The notes under the pieces are model-generated. The model was not told the origin of the DNA. It worked only from the letters and a program-made list of their open reading frames with translations, and did no database searches. Positions 28,087 through 40,334 of a DNA stretch of 64,000 nucleotides are shown piece by piece. The translations under genes were made by a program, and so were the position numbers. Each line of letters opens with the position of its first letter. The stretch's first letter is position 1. Location: the IMG/VR virus record IMGVR_UViG_3300031555_002904; one strand, 5' to 3'. This DNA is from a virus. Lineage: Duplodnaviria; Heunggongvirae; Uroviricota; Caudoviricetes.

Positions 28087-29139
28087 TTAAAACAATGATT
28101 CCACAATAATAGTCTTCTTATAAGTACCATACCATAAATCAAATTGACCACTATAAGAACTAATCCATTTTAAAGAAATGTGTCTTGCATCTTGAGGATC
28201 TGGCGTTAATATAACTGGATATCTACTATCAACTTTCCACTCAGCAGCTAAAGTTCCGTCAAAATTAAAATCATAAGATTTTTTAATTTTAATAAAAGTA
28301 TCACCTAAAATTTCCATTCTACCTTGTTCGATATTTGGATCTTTTGGTTCTTCTATTAGACCACCAATAATACCGGCTTCAATATCATCTTCGGTTTCAT
28401 TGGCGTAGTATTCTACAGCAACAACTTCTAAAATGCCAGGAGTAGAAATCCAATCGGTTGCTTCAACCCTCCAACAAGTATCACAACCTTGTAAATAGAA
28501 TTTACTATATCGTTTGAAATAATTCATTGCATAATCATTTTTTGGCATCAAAATACTCAATGAGTGATTAGGAGTATCTACACTGATACCATGTTTTTGA
28601 ATAAAATTTATTTTAGTTTCTACTGGACCTCGAATAGCAGCATAAGTTTTATGTTCGCCATCTTCATCTTTCCATATAATTTCATAAGAACACTTACGAA
28701 TATCTCCCCTAAAATATGCCAACTCAGTTAAATCTTGTAAATAGATTAACCACTTAGTTTTAGTTCCTAACCATTCAAAAACATCACCACAGTGAAAATT
28801 ATATTCAAATCCAACTGAAATAATCTTATCATCATAATCTTGTTTCAGCTTATTCGGATTAATAAGTGCGCGAACCGGTTTACGATCCTCTGCATCAATT
28901 TTAACGACCTCCGCCGCTTGGTAAGAATTCCAAACTGCGTGATCTAAAGAACGACGTTTATCTTTAATCATGCGTTCTTGCTATCTATTACCGCCCGCTT
29001 GTTGTAAACGAATAGCCTAATCAGCTACACCTTCAACAGGTGTTTTATCTACATCAAACGGTCTTTTATCATAAACTCCCAATCGACCTTGCATTAATCT
29101 AAAAGGGACTCGACTACTTAAATCATAACCTGATGCCAT
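28087..29139 (-). CDS. Probable head closure/connector protein, 350 aa (2 TAG)
   Basis: Track ORF 28087-28971 extends upstream through two TAG to ATG 29139 with AGGAG SD. Confidence 0.6.
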
Positions 29140-29431
29140 GGTTTAGCTCCTGTAAAAGACTAATGCTTTCAAACACAGTCTTTCTATATAGCTCAAAATC
29201 TGTTTCCTAGATCTTTAGTCCCTCTAATTTACATAACAGCTACAAGAAATGCGGGGCCATAAAAATTTCATTTAACCCCGCAATTTCAATAATAACAGTA
29301 TCTAATTGTTTAGGCCAATCTTCGTCGTGCTCTCGCATTGGAATTAATTTCCATAATTGGTTGGTTAAACGACGAATATTTACATCAATACTTTCTCCAC
29401 TGAATTCAAAATTATATTTAGTCAATGGCAC
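29123..29431 (-). CDS. Hypothetical head-tail region protein, 102 aa (2 TAG)
   Basis: Read-through gives ...LLCKLEGLKI*ETDFELYRKTVFESISLL...TGA. Confidence 0.6.
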
Positions 29432-29993
29432 TTACCTCCATTAGACTGGACCAGTTACTCTTGTAACTGCCATCCGCAAATTTTCTACGCTTATACAATC
29501 TTTGCATATGGAATGAATCTCTACGGCTCTCTTCTAATAAAGTTAACAATTTAGACAAATGATTTGCCTAAGAAGTCATTTTAAAATCAGAACCGCTATA
29601 TTTCATTCTAGTATTTTCAATGGAAGTAACTTGACGCTAAACCCAACCTTGTTTCATTAAAAGCGCCAAAATATTGATTTCTTCTGGAGTAAGTTCAACG
29701 TTAAAACGAGACTTATCTACCATTACATTAGGAGTTAATGATGTATCTATGATATCTCCCCATACAACACCAAGAATAAAATCGTCAGGAGTGATATCAT
29801 CCTCGGGAATTTCTTTAACTTCAATTGTATAATCATATAAATTCTAACGAGGAAACTCAAAACCTGGGATAGCATTAATTAAAAGATTCTATAAATCTTT
29901 TAAAGTATCTTCTGGCGTTAATTCTAGATACAAATCATCGGTAATTTGTCCAAGAAAGCGATTATAAACAGCCGAAAATTGTGTCTCAGCCAT
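29418..29993 (-). CDS. Probable head-tail adaptor, 191 aa (4 TAG; absent from ORF track)
   Basis: AAGGAGG SD; MAETQFSAVYNRFLGQITDD...ELTPEEINILA...DFKMTS*ANHL. Confidence 0.7.
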
Positions 29994-30015
29994 ATAATTG
30001 CCTCCTTATCTTATA

Positions 30016-30615
30016 TTATTCAGTGGCCTCTTCAGCCTTCTTGATAACGTTATACTTAGGAGCGGCAGGTGCGGTATACTCTGGATTAGTTCTGCGGCCC
30101 GCAGGTGCAGCTTCCGCCTTTACGCGGCGCTCGCCAGTCTGCTTCAAGATAGTAGTCTGGTTATCTTCCTTCTCTTCCTCAATGTGACGAAGAGCGGCGT
30201 CAACATCAAAACCAGTCTTTTCCTTCAAAGCCTTGCGCTTATTCATATCGACCAGAGGAATATCAACACTCAGTTTCTTAATAAGATCAATTACAGCAGT
30301 GGGAGCGAAATCCAAAGCATCCAAGAAAGCATCCAAAGAACCAGTCTTAATCAAGTTAGCAACATCGCGCTCACTCATATGATATTCAGGCTCAGCATGA
30401 ATGCCGAAAGACTTCAGAGCATCCTGCTCCATAATTTGCAAATAGTTAGTCAAAATAACCATACCACCGGGCTGGAAGGTCAGCTTCTCAAGCTCAGCGT
30501 AGCTAATTTCCTTAGTCTCACCAGGAGCGAAGGAACGACGAACTCCATCTTCTGGAATCTTATAAGACACATGACCTGCGCCTCTATTCTTTACTAAACA
30601 AGTATTCTTGCTCAT
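30016..30615 (-). CDS. Conserved-looking hypothetical protein downstream of capsid
   Basis: 199 aa ORF with SD, no TAG. Confidence 0.75.
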   Translation of the reverse strand: MSKNTCLVKNRGAGHVSYKIPEDGVRRSFAPGETKEISYAELEKLTFQPGGMVILTNYLQIMEQDALKSFGIHAEPEYHMSERDVANLIKTGSLDAFLDALDFAPTAVIDLIKKLSVDIPLVDMNKRKALKEKTGFDVDAALRHIEEEKEDNQTTILKQTGERRVKAEAAPAGRRTNPEYTAPAAPKYNVIKKAEEATE

Positions 30616-30640
30616 ATTATTATCTCCTTTTTCTCAAATA

Positions 30641-30678
30641 AAAATAAGGGGAGGTGGGGATGTCCCCGCCTCCCCTAA
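30641..30678 (-). terminator. Intrinsic terminator after major capsid gene
   Basis: AGGGGAGGCGGGGA/TCCCCACCTCCCCT stem plus TATTTTT on minus strand. Confidence 0.7.
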
Positions 30679-30703
30679 AAGTATATATTATATTATATCT
30701 AAA

Positions 30704-31813
30704 TTAGGCGTTCTCGGTATGATAAGCCTTTACCTCAGTAATGTAGTTGGAGCTATCCCAGATAGAATCAGCCAACTCCAAGCTCATCAAAGAAGTGTCG
30801 CAGTAAGCGCAAATGTTGTTAGCCAACATAGCAACAACGCCAACCTTCTTATAAACCTGAATCTCACGAGAACGATCGGCATTAGTGTATTCATCAACAA
30901 TAGTGCCGCCTTCGAAAGCAATCTTGACAGGCTTGCTGTCAGCGCCAGAAGGAATGATGTAGCAGTAACCAGAATTGATTACCTTGCGAGTGTTAGTCTC
31001 GTCTTCCAAGCCCTGAGGCAGGATAACAACCTTGCGGCCCTTGTAGGTAGCCAGATGACCAGTATCCCACAACTGCTGCTTCATGGACTCAGTGTATCTC
31101 CAACCCTCGGTAGGAACCATCTTTACTGCGAACTCGTAAGTGCAGTAGATAGTGGGCTCACCGTAAGCGGAAGCGATAACCAGTAAACGATCGAACTCTT
31201 TCTCGTCGAAGTCGTTAGCAACAACGATGTTTGCAGGAGGCAACTGATTTACAGAAGCGGCCAGAGCATGACCAACCTCACGGAAGATCAACTCGTCCAT
31301 GCCTTCCATAACGATAGCAGTTACTTCAGCGAAGTCAACACGACCATCCAGGAACTCCTCGAAGCCGATCTGAGCGGCTCCACCGATAGCGCTAGTACGA
31401 ACTTCGAAGCTCTCGTCCTCAGCAGGACCCAGCTTGAAGACTTCGTAAATACCAGCCAAGCCAACGCGAGTGATGAACTGCTTTGCGCGGCTACGTACAT
31501 CTCTCTTACGACGGAAGATGGGCTTGTCGCCCTGAGCGAACTGCTTGGTCTCAGCGAACTGCATATAAGCCTGCTCGACCTTCTTAGGCAGAACCTCGTC
31601 TAAAGTCTCTTCGATAACTGCGAAGATCAGATTCTTGTTCTCACGATACAGAGAATAAGTGCCAGCAATCTCATTGAACTCACGACGCAGAGTCTCGTTC
31701 AATGCCTCGTAGGAGAAGTTCTCTCCGTTGAAGCTGTAAGAAACGGAAGCAGAAGGATCAGCTTTTGCTACAGTCTTTGCTAGCTGTACTAAGTTTTTCT
31801 TATCTAAAGCCAT
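30704..31813 (-). CDS. Major capsid protein
   Basis: 369 aa, strongest codon bias, follows scaffold and accessory head genes, ends at strong terminator. Confidence 0.8.
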   Translation of the reverse strand: MALDKKNLVQLAKTVAKADPSASVSYSFNGENFSYEALNETLRREFNEIAGTYSLYRENKNLIFAVIEETLDEVLPKKVEQAYMQFAETKQFAQGDKPIFRRKRDVRSRAKQFITRVGLAGIYEVFKLGPAEDESFEVRTSAIGGAAQIGFEEFLDGRVDFAEVTAIVMEGMDELIFREVGHALAASVNQLPPANIVVANDFDEKEFDRLLVIASAYGEPTIYCTYEFAVKMVPTEGWRYTESMKQQLWDTGHLATYKGRKVVILPQGLEDETNTRKVINSGYCYIIPSGADSKPVKIAFEGGTIVDEYTNADRSREIQVYKKVGVVAMLANNICAYCDTSLMSLELADSIWDSSNYITEVKAYHTENA

Positions 31814-31832
31814 TATTCTTCTCTCCTTTCAA

Positions 31833-32660
31833 TTACTTAATTCTCAAGATCTTTACACCGCGCTGATGGTCAGGCATAGTGTAAACCTTAACAACCTGCC
31901 ACTGCATATCAGCAGAATCGGCACCGGCCTTAGCCAAGATACCCTTGCCCTCTGCACCAGGCTGAGGAGTCAACAGATCGTTAACAGCCAATACATCTTC
32001 ATTTACCATGTTAGTAGTGTAGTGGTCACCAACATTGGTCTTGAATACACGAGGAACCATAGTGGTACCTGCGGGCATCATAGCTTCAGGATGCTTAACA
32101 GCACGAAGCTTCATAAACAAACGCTTGCGATAATCTTCCTCAATATCGGGATTATTAATATCGCCCATCTCATAGTAATCATATACTTCAGAAGCTACAC
32201 TATAGTCAGCAACAGAACCGTCACCCTGAGGATCCTTTACCTCTGCCAACTCAACGAACTTCTCGCCATCCCACTTCTCGCGGCGTCCCTGCAGCAAACG
32301 AGTGGGACCATACATCTCCTCAGCGGACTTATTGCCATCCAGAGGGCTGTAAACACGGGCCTGATAGTTGCCCTTAATCATTGCGAACTCGCAATCTAAC
32401 TGATGCTCACGATACAGCTTGGTTTCGTTGTAGACCAACATCCATTCGCCTGCACCAGTAAAGTTTACAAGGCCAGCTGCATAGTCATACTTAACAAACT
32501 GTCCCTGCTCTAAAATCTCAATAGAGGGATCAGCAGGTAACTGAGCATAAATCTGGGCGGTACGCTGTGCGGACAGATGGTTAGGCTCAACCTGGCCATA
32601 GCCAACTTCAACATACTTAGCCTGAGACTTAATATGCTTTTTCAAAATTTCTCTAAGCAT
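31833..32660 (-). CDS. Head decoration/minor capsid-type structural protein
   Basis: 275 aa, GYGQVEPNHLSAQRTAQIYAQLP; between scaffold and capsid, no TAG. Confidence 0.6.
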   Translation of the reverse strand: MLREILKKHIKSQAKYVEVGYGQVEPNHLSAQRTAQIYAQLPADPSIEILEQGQFVKYDYAAGLVNFTGAGEWMLVYNETKLYREHQLDCEFAMIKGNYQARVYSPLDGNKSAEEMYGPTRLLQGRREKWDGEKFVELAEVKDPQGDGSVADYSVASEVYDYYEMGDINNPDIEEDYRKRLFMKLRAVKHPEAMMPAGTTMVPRVFKTNVGDHYTTNMVNEDVLAVNDLLTPQPGAEGKGILAKAGADSADMQWQVVKVYTMPDHQRGVKILRIK

Positions 32661-32686
32661 TTCTATATTTCCTCCTTATTAGTTTT

Positions 32687-34234
32687 TTACATTTCACTCG
32701 CAACAGAACGAAGAACTTTTACCCAAGCAGGTACGGTCTCGTCACCTGGTACGCCACCATTTAAATTGAAAGTGGTTGGGTCTTTCTTTTCGCCCTTATC
32801 ATCATCATCAAGGCTGAAACTGACCTTGTTGCGAACACAAATAACTGCTAGCTTAGCTTCAATTTCATCAACAGAATAAGTGTCAATGTTGTCGATAACA
32901 TCTTTCTTCTCTTCATCAGAAAGAACAGAGAAGCTATCAATCATCTTCTGCTTTTCAGCACGATCAACCTTATTCTTGAATTCAGTCAAAGCGCTGACCT
33001 GGGCTTCCAGATCGGCAATCTTCTGCTGTGCGGCACTGTAATCAGTTTCCATAGCAGAATATTTTTCGCTTAGCTCTACATATTCTTGAATTTCATCAAG
33101 ATTGTATTTTGCTTTCTTGCCCTTTTTCTTGTCATCATCATCGTCATCATCGCCTTCGTCGTCGCATGTGCACTCGTCCTTAGGCTTGCCGCACTTGGGG
33201 CATTTCTCCTCATCATCGTCATTGTCATCATCGTCGTCGTCGTCCTTCTTGGGAGGATTCTTTTCCTCATCCTTCTTGGCCTTATACTCTGCGACAGCAG
33301 CTGGGTCGAACTGGGGCTCTTCCTCTGGGGCATATTCTTCCAGTAAGGTAGCCTCGGCCGCAAACTCAACTACATTTTCCTCGTTGATGGAGAAGTCTAA
33401 ACGGTAATACTTATCATCGGAAGTCAGAACTGCGAACTTCTGCTCGCCATCCTCACAAACGCTCTCGATGCCGTAAGTACCTTCTACATGGCTATAAAGA
33501 GCGGTCCATAAAGCGTCACCGATTTCAACAGCATATCTAGTAAACACTTTTTTCTCCTCCTTATTCAAATATTCTTTCAATTCGTTCATCATAGAGAATA
33601 ACTGCTCTTTAAAACCATCTTCAAAAGCGAATTGAATAATTGGTGCAGTGATTTGAGATCCCTCGAAACAGGGTTCATTATTTACACCAAGAGTGCAAAG
33701 TTTAGAAATAATTGCTTCATTGATAATAAAAAACTTGGGATTTCCATTACCATCTTTTGTCCAATGAGCGTCAATTGTATCTTCATCCAGCTCCATGGAG
33801 TGATTATTACCCTGGGATAAAATTCTACGGCACTCGGGATACTGACCGATCCATAACCAACCTTCAGTCATCAAATACTCGCGCTCGTTCATTCCATCAT
33901 CCAGGAACTTCTGGAACCAGACCTTCGCATTCAAATCAACAAAACCATAAGGTCTTGTAGTATCCTTGATTTCAAATTTGCCATTTGAAATATCAATAAT
34001 GCGATTATGCTCTTCAAAATCCTTGGTCTCTTCATTATAGAAACCAACGATGGGGCAACCTGGCAAAGAATTTGCCATTTGCTTAGCAGTTTCCTTAGTG
34101 ATGATACTTCTATTTCTATTGGGTTCATCACCTACATAACATACTTTAATTTGACATTTTGAAATCAAAGGATTTAGAGGAGTGATGTTGATAAACTCGA
34201 TAGGAGTATCTAATTTAATACTTGTATGCATCAT
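32687..34234 (-). CDS. Prohead protease/scaffold fusion
   Basis: N-terminal protease-like part (NRNRSII, HSMEL, LCTLG...EPCFEGSQI) and acidic coiled-coil C-terminus; between portal and capsid. Confidence 0.7.
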   Translation of the reverse strand: MMHTSIKLDTPIEFINITPLNPLISKCQIKVCYVGDEPNRNRSIITKETAKQMANSLPGCPIVGFYNEETKDFEEHNRIIDISNGKFEIKDTTRPYGFVDLNAKVWFQKFLDDGMNEREYLMTEGWLWIGQYPECRRILSQGNNHSMELDEDTIDAHWTKDGNGNPKFFIINEAIISKLCTLGVNNEPCFEGSQITAPIIQFAFEDGFKEQLFSMMNELKEYLNKEEKKVFTRYAVEIGDALWTALYSHVEGTYGIESVCEDGEQKFAVLTSDDKYYRLDFSINEENVVEFAAEATLLEEYAPEEEPQFDPAAVAEYKAKKDEEKNPPKKDDDDDDDNDDDEEKCPKCGKPKDECTCDDEGDDDDDDDKKKGKKAKYNLDEIQEYVELSEKYSAMETDYSAAQQKIADLEAQVSALTEFKNKVDRAEKQKMIDSFSVLSDEEKKDVIDNIDTYSVDEIEAKLAVICVRNKVSFSLDDDDKGEKKDPTTFNLNGGVPGDETVPAWVKVLRSVASEM

Positions 34235-34242
34235 TGTCCTCC

Positions 34243-35892
34243 TTAACTCATAGATTCTTTATTTTGGATAGTCTTAGTACTCTTCTGATCGTCGGGTTTC
34301 TCCGGCCGGCCCGCAGGCTTATCACCAGAAGCAACTTTCTATCCTCCTGTATTACTTTGAGTTTTGTTAGTTTGAGTCTGTTGAGAATTGCCCTTCAAAT
34401 CTTCCATTTTCATTGTAGAAGACATAACGGGAGGAATCATAATCTCACTCAGATGTAAAACTTCATTCTCAAAATAAGCAGTATTCAAAATAGAGCTTTG
34501 AGAATGTCCAAGAGCAATCTATGGAAGCATCTTGGAATATCCAATTTGAACTTGCTCCTTATATAACTTTGATAACTCTTTATAGTTATATTGAGTAGTT
34601 TCTAACATATATAATCTGAAATTATATTTCTTTTTATTAGCTCCGCAAGCCTGGGTCAGTCTATCAAAGAACACACCAAATTGTAATAATAGAGTTCGTA
34701 CACTACCCTCATCATTCAAAACAGACTTTTCTAATGATAAGTTACCATCAGTATTGAACATATTACTGGAAACACCAAAAGCATTATATACAGTACGTTC
34801 AACCTTCATCAAGTCGTCTTGGGAAGTAGTAGTATTTTTATCTGACATATCAATGCTATCAATATCCGCAAAAGTAGTCAGTACGTCAACGCCGACCGCA
34901 CGTCTCAACATTTGAACCGCATTATTATGAATATCTCTTGCTTCATCTACGTCAAAAATCAAATCACCATTTTTATCCATTGGCAATTTCTGAACTACAA
35001 TTTTCAATAATTTCTGCATTTGCTTACGACGATCTAGATCTTGAGCAGCATCCAAATCCAAAATAGCAGGAATGGCATTTACAAACAAAGGAATGTCTGC
35101 GCCACCAAAACCACCATTACTAAAACTAAACTTTACAGTTCGCTCAGTTTCCAAAAGATACCATCCAGATTCATCAATCCAACGACGAGCCATAATACCA
35201 CCAGTGCTTGTTGGTTCACCATTGGTACGATAAGGATTTAGCTTACCATTTTTATAAGCGATATATCCTTTCTTAAATTCGTCGGGGAACAAATTCAATA
35301 CTTTGATTCTCTCATTAGTGTCTGGGAACATAACATCAAAAAACTTCATATTGAACTCGACCGCAGGTAAATTACCTACACTAAAACGAGAACGACAGAA
35401 ATTTACTGGCAACTCCTGGATAACAATACCATTTGCAGTTGGAACAATATAACCATAATAAGCGCCATTCTTGATAACGCCAAGAGCCATATCACCACAA
35501 ACTTTCTTGATATACGAATTATCTAAATAATTCAAAACCTTATGGAAATCACCAACAATCTTATCTTCCTTAACTGTTGTATCATAAACCTCTGGTACAA
35601 CATACCAATCATATCTATACATCGTAGCAAAATAATTACATACTCTTTGATAAATACCGCTAGTTTTATAGAAGTAATTAGAAATCTCTCTCAATTTTTC
35701 GACATCATTATCAGCAAGCGCACGATAAATAACTGCCTTATTGATTTGATTTTTACCTTCTCTTTGGATGGAGCCGAGATTTAGGACAGCATCTTCAAGT
35801 TGCTTTGTTCCAATCTTGATCTTACCATAAGTTGTTCCACCCATATCAAAACCTTTGGCACGGATTTCTTCTTGTCTAGTCAATTCTTCCAA
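34243..35892 (-). CDS. Portal protein, 549 aa (2 TAG)
   Basis: Track ORF extends through TAG 34519 to ...PAGRPEKPDD...ESMS-TAA; follows terminase. Confidence 0.75.
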
Positions 35893-35905
35893 AACTCCAC
35901 CTCCT

Positions 35906-36262
35906 TTAATATCCTGCTAAATTCATAATATAATCATAGGAAATTAAATTCTCGTCAGTATATGGAATTTCTATTAATTTGAAATCATGTATAGCACAAA
36001 AACGTCGTTTCATGTTATCATTATACTATTGTTGGAAGAAGCCTTTTTTACCACCGAATTTTGCGCTTGGCTCATAATGCTATTTACCTTGATATTCGAT
36101 AATAAAATCAATTCTTCCATCATCATCAAAAACAACAAAATCAAATCTCAAAGGGCGACCATTTGGACTCCTTAAGTCTTGGAAAGTATACTCCATTTTG
36201 AAAGGGAGTTCTGCTTCCTTCAAGATTTCTTCGATCTTGATTTCGCCTCTCGAAGCTCTCAT
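35906..36262 (-). CDS. Vsr/DUF559-like PD-(D/E)XK endonuclease, 118 aa (2 TAG)
   Basis: SRGE...LRFDF...IEYQGK*HY...ND..KR...LIEIPY; TAG sits at the Gln of the EYxGxQHY motif. Confidence 0.75.
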
Positions 36263-36274
36263 AATTCACCCTCC

Positions 36275-38014
36275 TTAATTGTAAAACGCATAATCAGCAA
36301 CGTTAAACTTCTTCTTCTTTTTCTTTCTATCTTCTTCTTGTTTGATATAGTATAATCCATATTCAAAAGCGGAAAATTTATCCTTCCTAATACCACGATT
36401 TGCCTGCTTCAAAATGATGTTTATACCTTCATTTTCTTCACGCAAATTCATCATTTCCTCTTTCAATATGGAAGTTAAGGTAAATGGTTTAAGATATTCT
36501 GCCCTTTCCTCAGGCTTCATTTTCTAACCTTTAGCTGTACCTAATAATTTTTCCTTAGCCGCACGTTCATCAATCAAGAATTTTACCTTACCTGCTTGCA
36601 ATTGTACTTGCGCATTGGTGTGACACTCAGTATTGATCGGCGCATTTGCTTTGATAATATACATAGCATCATATTCAGTATTATTAGTTCTATACTTTTT
36701 ATAATAGCCTTCATCATCATTTTCAACACCGAAATCTGCATAGAAATCGCCATTTTCATCTTCTTGAGATTTTACCATATAGTCAACAAGACCTAAACCA
36801 ACACCATTACCATCAATTACAACAGTGCGAGCCTTGTATCTATAATACAACTTCTTTATCATAATAGCTTGTTCTTCCATATGAGTATCAGACATTGTAT
36901 AAATATTTACAAGTGATTTGATTGCGGGTCCTTGCGCCTATGGCGTTACTTTGAAGACACAAATAACTGAATCGCATCCTTTACGGCCTACGTCAACTGA
37001 TAGTATATAGTAAGCACCGGCCGCACTTCGACCAGAATGTTCGTATTCAGGTTGTAATAATTTTCTATTTCTTGTAAAATGTTCTCCGTTAAAGAATGCA
37101 TCTTCAACTGTTCCAGACCACTTACTCTCATACTCTCGATCGAATGAAGCTTCATTGTAAGTACCTTCATTCTTCTGGTCGGTAATAAAGGTTTTACTCT
37201 GTAATCCCATACCAACTGGTGTGCGCCAAGTGCCACCTAAGACCATACAACGGTCAGGCTGAGTAACCATACGCACTAAGAAACCAATTAATCTATCATA
37301 TGGGAATGTTCCCTTATAACCAGCAGTGGTAATATAAATCTGTGATTTATTGAGCGGTTCGCCCTCATTTGTGGTACCATCTTTAGCACGACGAGAAATA
37401 GCCATAACTGGAATAATAACCTCTCGAAGGATTTGGTCATCAATACCAACACATTCCTCCATAACGCCGCCATGACGACGCTGACCACGCGTAGATTCAC
37501 GGGCCGCAAGGTTATCAAGAACAGAGCCATTTTTGAAAACATATCGAACCTTATCTTTACCGGTTAGAGTTTTACCACGACCCCAATCAATCTCACGAGA
37601 GAAGCTTGGAATCAATCTACAGATTTCTTCAACTTTGCTCTATAAGATACTTGCACCCTGTTCCTTACCGCCAGAGGTAACAAACAAGTGTGCATCTGGA
37701 TATAGAATACATCTACACATCAATGCCATAACAGTTAGGAATGATTTAGAATATGCACGAGGGAAAACCGCATATACATACTAATATCTCATAACTGAGC
37801 GCAAGAAAACTCTTTGATAAAAATAAAATTGGAACTCTCCATCTTTGGGTTCAGTGCGAGTTCCACGCACCATAAAATCAACGAATAAGTCAGGATATTC
37901 TCTCCACCAAGCAACATATTTGCGGATCTCTGGCATTACTGCCTCAACACGCTCGGGCGAAAGACCAATCTTTCGCCGTTGCGTGGATAAATTCAATAAG
38001 TCTTGTAGAGCCAT
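36275..38014 (-). CDS. terL: Terminase large subunit, 579 aa (4 TAG)
   Basis: Four same-frame fragments; Walker A-like FPRAYSKS, RGQRRHGGVMEE, ITTAG, nuclease motifs SVDVGR, IDGNGVG, KDKFSA. Confidence 0.9.
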
Positions 38015-39210
38015 TATGCTCCGCCTCCATTCAGAAATGAAGCGTCGGCCGCAGCTTCTTCATCTAAGAAATCATCAAAATCAGAGAAATCCTAATCTTT
38101 CAATGTAGCCTCTAAGTCATCTAAGCTGATTTCAACATCATCAATAATATCGGTCTCATCATTAGCCGCGTTATCTTTATCTTCTTTATCAATTTCACGA
38201 AGAGCCTTTTCAACCATGTTTGGTAGATTAGTTTCCTCTTCAATCAGAGTTCTTGTATATCTTTGCATATCCGCGATAGTCAAGTCAACTCTATCTTTTG
38301 GAGAATCAACATAGTATCTTTCAACATATCCTTCTTTTTCACACATTTCAATCAGCTCGCCAATTGAATCAATGAAATCACCAGATTCCGCTTTATTTTG
38401 AGCTGCTGTAAATTTACCAGACTTCATCAAACTGTCATAAACTTTACTCATCTTTTGGAAGCCCTCAATGTCGCCAATGTCGATTAATTGATTCGCCTTT
38501 AAAGATGTCTTACATACTAATTTCAAAGTATCAATGTGTCCGGCACCTTGAATATCATATGAGGCCATCATTTCCTCATATAGCTATTCTAATCTAATCC
38601 ACTCTTCTGGTTTATAGGTTTTACCCCATTTCAAACGAAGATAAGTTTTATCTTCCTCAGTCAAATCATCAACAAAGTCATCTTGACCGCCATTAATTTC
38701 TCCAAAATAATCTTCATTACCTTGAGCTAAGAATGGATTTTCTTCAACATAAACCGGCTCTTGTAACGGAGCCGTAGGTACGGGGATTGTAGATGTGGCG
38801 ATCGCTTGAGCGATTTCCGCAGCTTCATATCCCTAACGCTTCATAGTTTCTTCAATTTTTTTATTTGCAACTTCTTGCAAAAACTCAGTGTCTTTCCAAC
38901 GATAATCACGATATTGTTTTAATTTCATCTTTGATAAATATCTACCAAGAATAGTCATACCAGTTAATTTAGATTTATCTTTCGCATAACTAACTAATAA
39001 TTTATTCCACTCATCTGGTACATATGGGACATCACATTCTTGTAAAATCCATAAATAAGTATCAGGATTGAAATTATCAACATGCATTGTAATACACTTT
39101 TTACATTGTCTTAATTTACCATCAGGATATTTTTCTAAGTTATTTGAACTATAAAACTAAGAAGCGTCCATTGTTCTATTACATTTTTCACAGTAATAAC
39201 TTTCAGCCAT
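38014..39210 (-). CDS. Zn-finger protein, candidate terminase small subunit, 398 aa with TAG=Gln
   Basis: CEKC...CKKC at N-terminus; fragments 38833-39087 and 38092-38571 in frame; stop abuts terL start. Confidence 0.55.
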
Positions 39211-39253
39211 AATTTTTCCTCCTTTTTATTTAGATAAAAATAGCAGGCAAGAA

Positions 39254-40306
39254 TTATGAACTTTTGGCCTTAGCATTTCGGCAGCACTTACAGATGCTAT
39301 AAAAACCATCCCGGCTTGTCTTATTCTTGCTAAAGTACTTGTTGTGTGCCAGTTTGACCTGGCCGCATCTACTGCATTTTTTATACTTCCCTTTCATTTC
39401 GTTCAGGAAGTACCAATCTAATAAACGATCTTCAGCTTCAGAAGCAATTAGCTTAGGAATTTTATTTCGCCATAAACTGGAAATATATTCTAAACTATGC
39501 TTGATACCAAATTCCATTTGAATTTTCTCTTGAATGTCAATGTTTTGTAATCCATCAATTTTATATTCTACAATACGCTCATATAAAGGATACTCCTTTA
39601 GTGCGGCGTCCGCAACCCTATCAAAATCATCCATCAAATACCATAGATCTTTTTCAAACTCTCCCCAGCTTTCCTATTTGCATAAGGAATAGTTACATAA
39701 GATTGCTTCTACAACTTTTGGATCACATAAAGAAACTCCCTATGGAATTACAAAACCATCATCGTCAAAATCAAAATCATCATCTAAAGGAATAAAATGT
39801 CTTGAACGAGTAACTTGAGTACATACGATAGGTTTGCGATATGCATTTTTTAATACATACTAATCCTTTCGTAATTCAATAATTGCACTCTTAATAATAT
39901 ACGCTTCACGTCCGGAGGCACTTTTCAATTTTGTTTCCCACATTTTGATGGCTTCTCTTAATTGCTTCATCCCAGGGATTTCTTCTACATCTTGTTTAGT
40001 TATCATTACTTTCGGTTGGAAAATAGTATTCTTATTATTAGTTATCATATTATATATGCCGTCTTCGCCATTCTCCAGTTGGGAAACAAGACCTTCATAG
40101 GATGTTTCACGCTTATTGACGGTAGCCATTCGGTTATCAGTCAGTAGTTTGCGCTCCTTTTTCTCTTGTTTCTCCATACAAAGAACTAAGTAATCAGCGA
40201 GAGTTTCCAAATAAGCTTCGGAAGGATTCTCGACCTCTGCGAGAATTTTCTCAACCAATTCCTTTCTCTCTTCTGGAGATTCTAAAGTGTAATCTAATTT
40301 TATCAT
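39254..40306 (-). CDS. DNA-binding protein with HTH-like region and C-terminal Zn finger, 350 aa (3 TAG)
   Basis: GGAGG SD, MIKLDY start; linker checked; KKCSRC...CKCC at C-terminus. Confidence 0.6.
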
Positions 40307-40334
40307 CACTTTACCTCCAGTCTTTGATACTACT

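Noticed and set aside
21034-35784. Plus-strand ORFs over structural genes (21034-21600, 29998-30597, 30608-31186, 31866-32399 and others)
   Set aside because: Antisense shadows of codon-biased genes, without SD or promoter
132-40306. Pseudogenised or decayed prophage explanation for the fragmented ORFs
   Set aside because: Breaks are only TAG, with no frameshifts or internal TAA/TGA in the stretches checked, including essential genes
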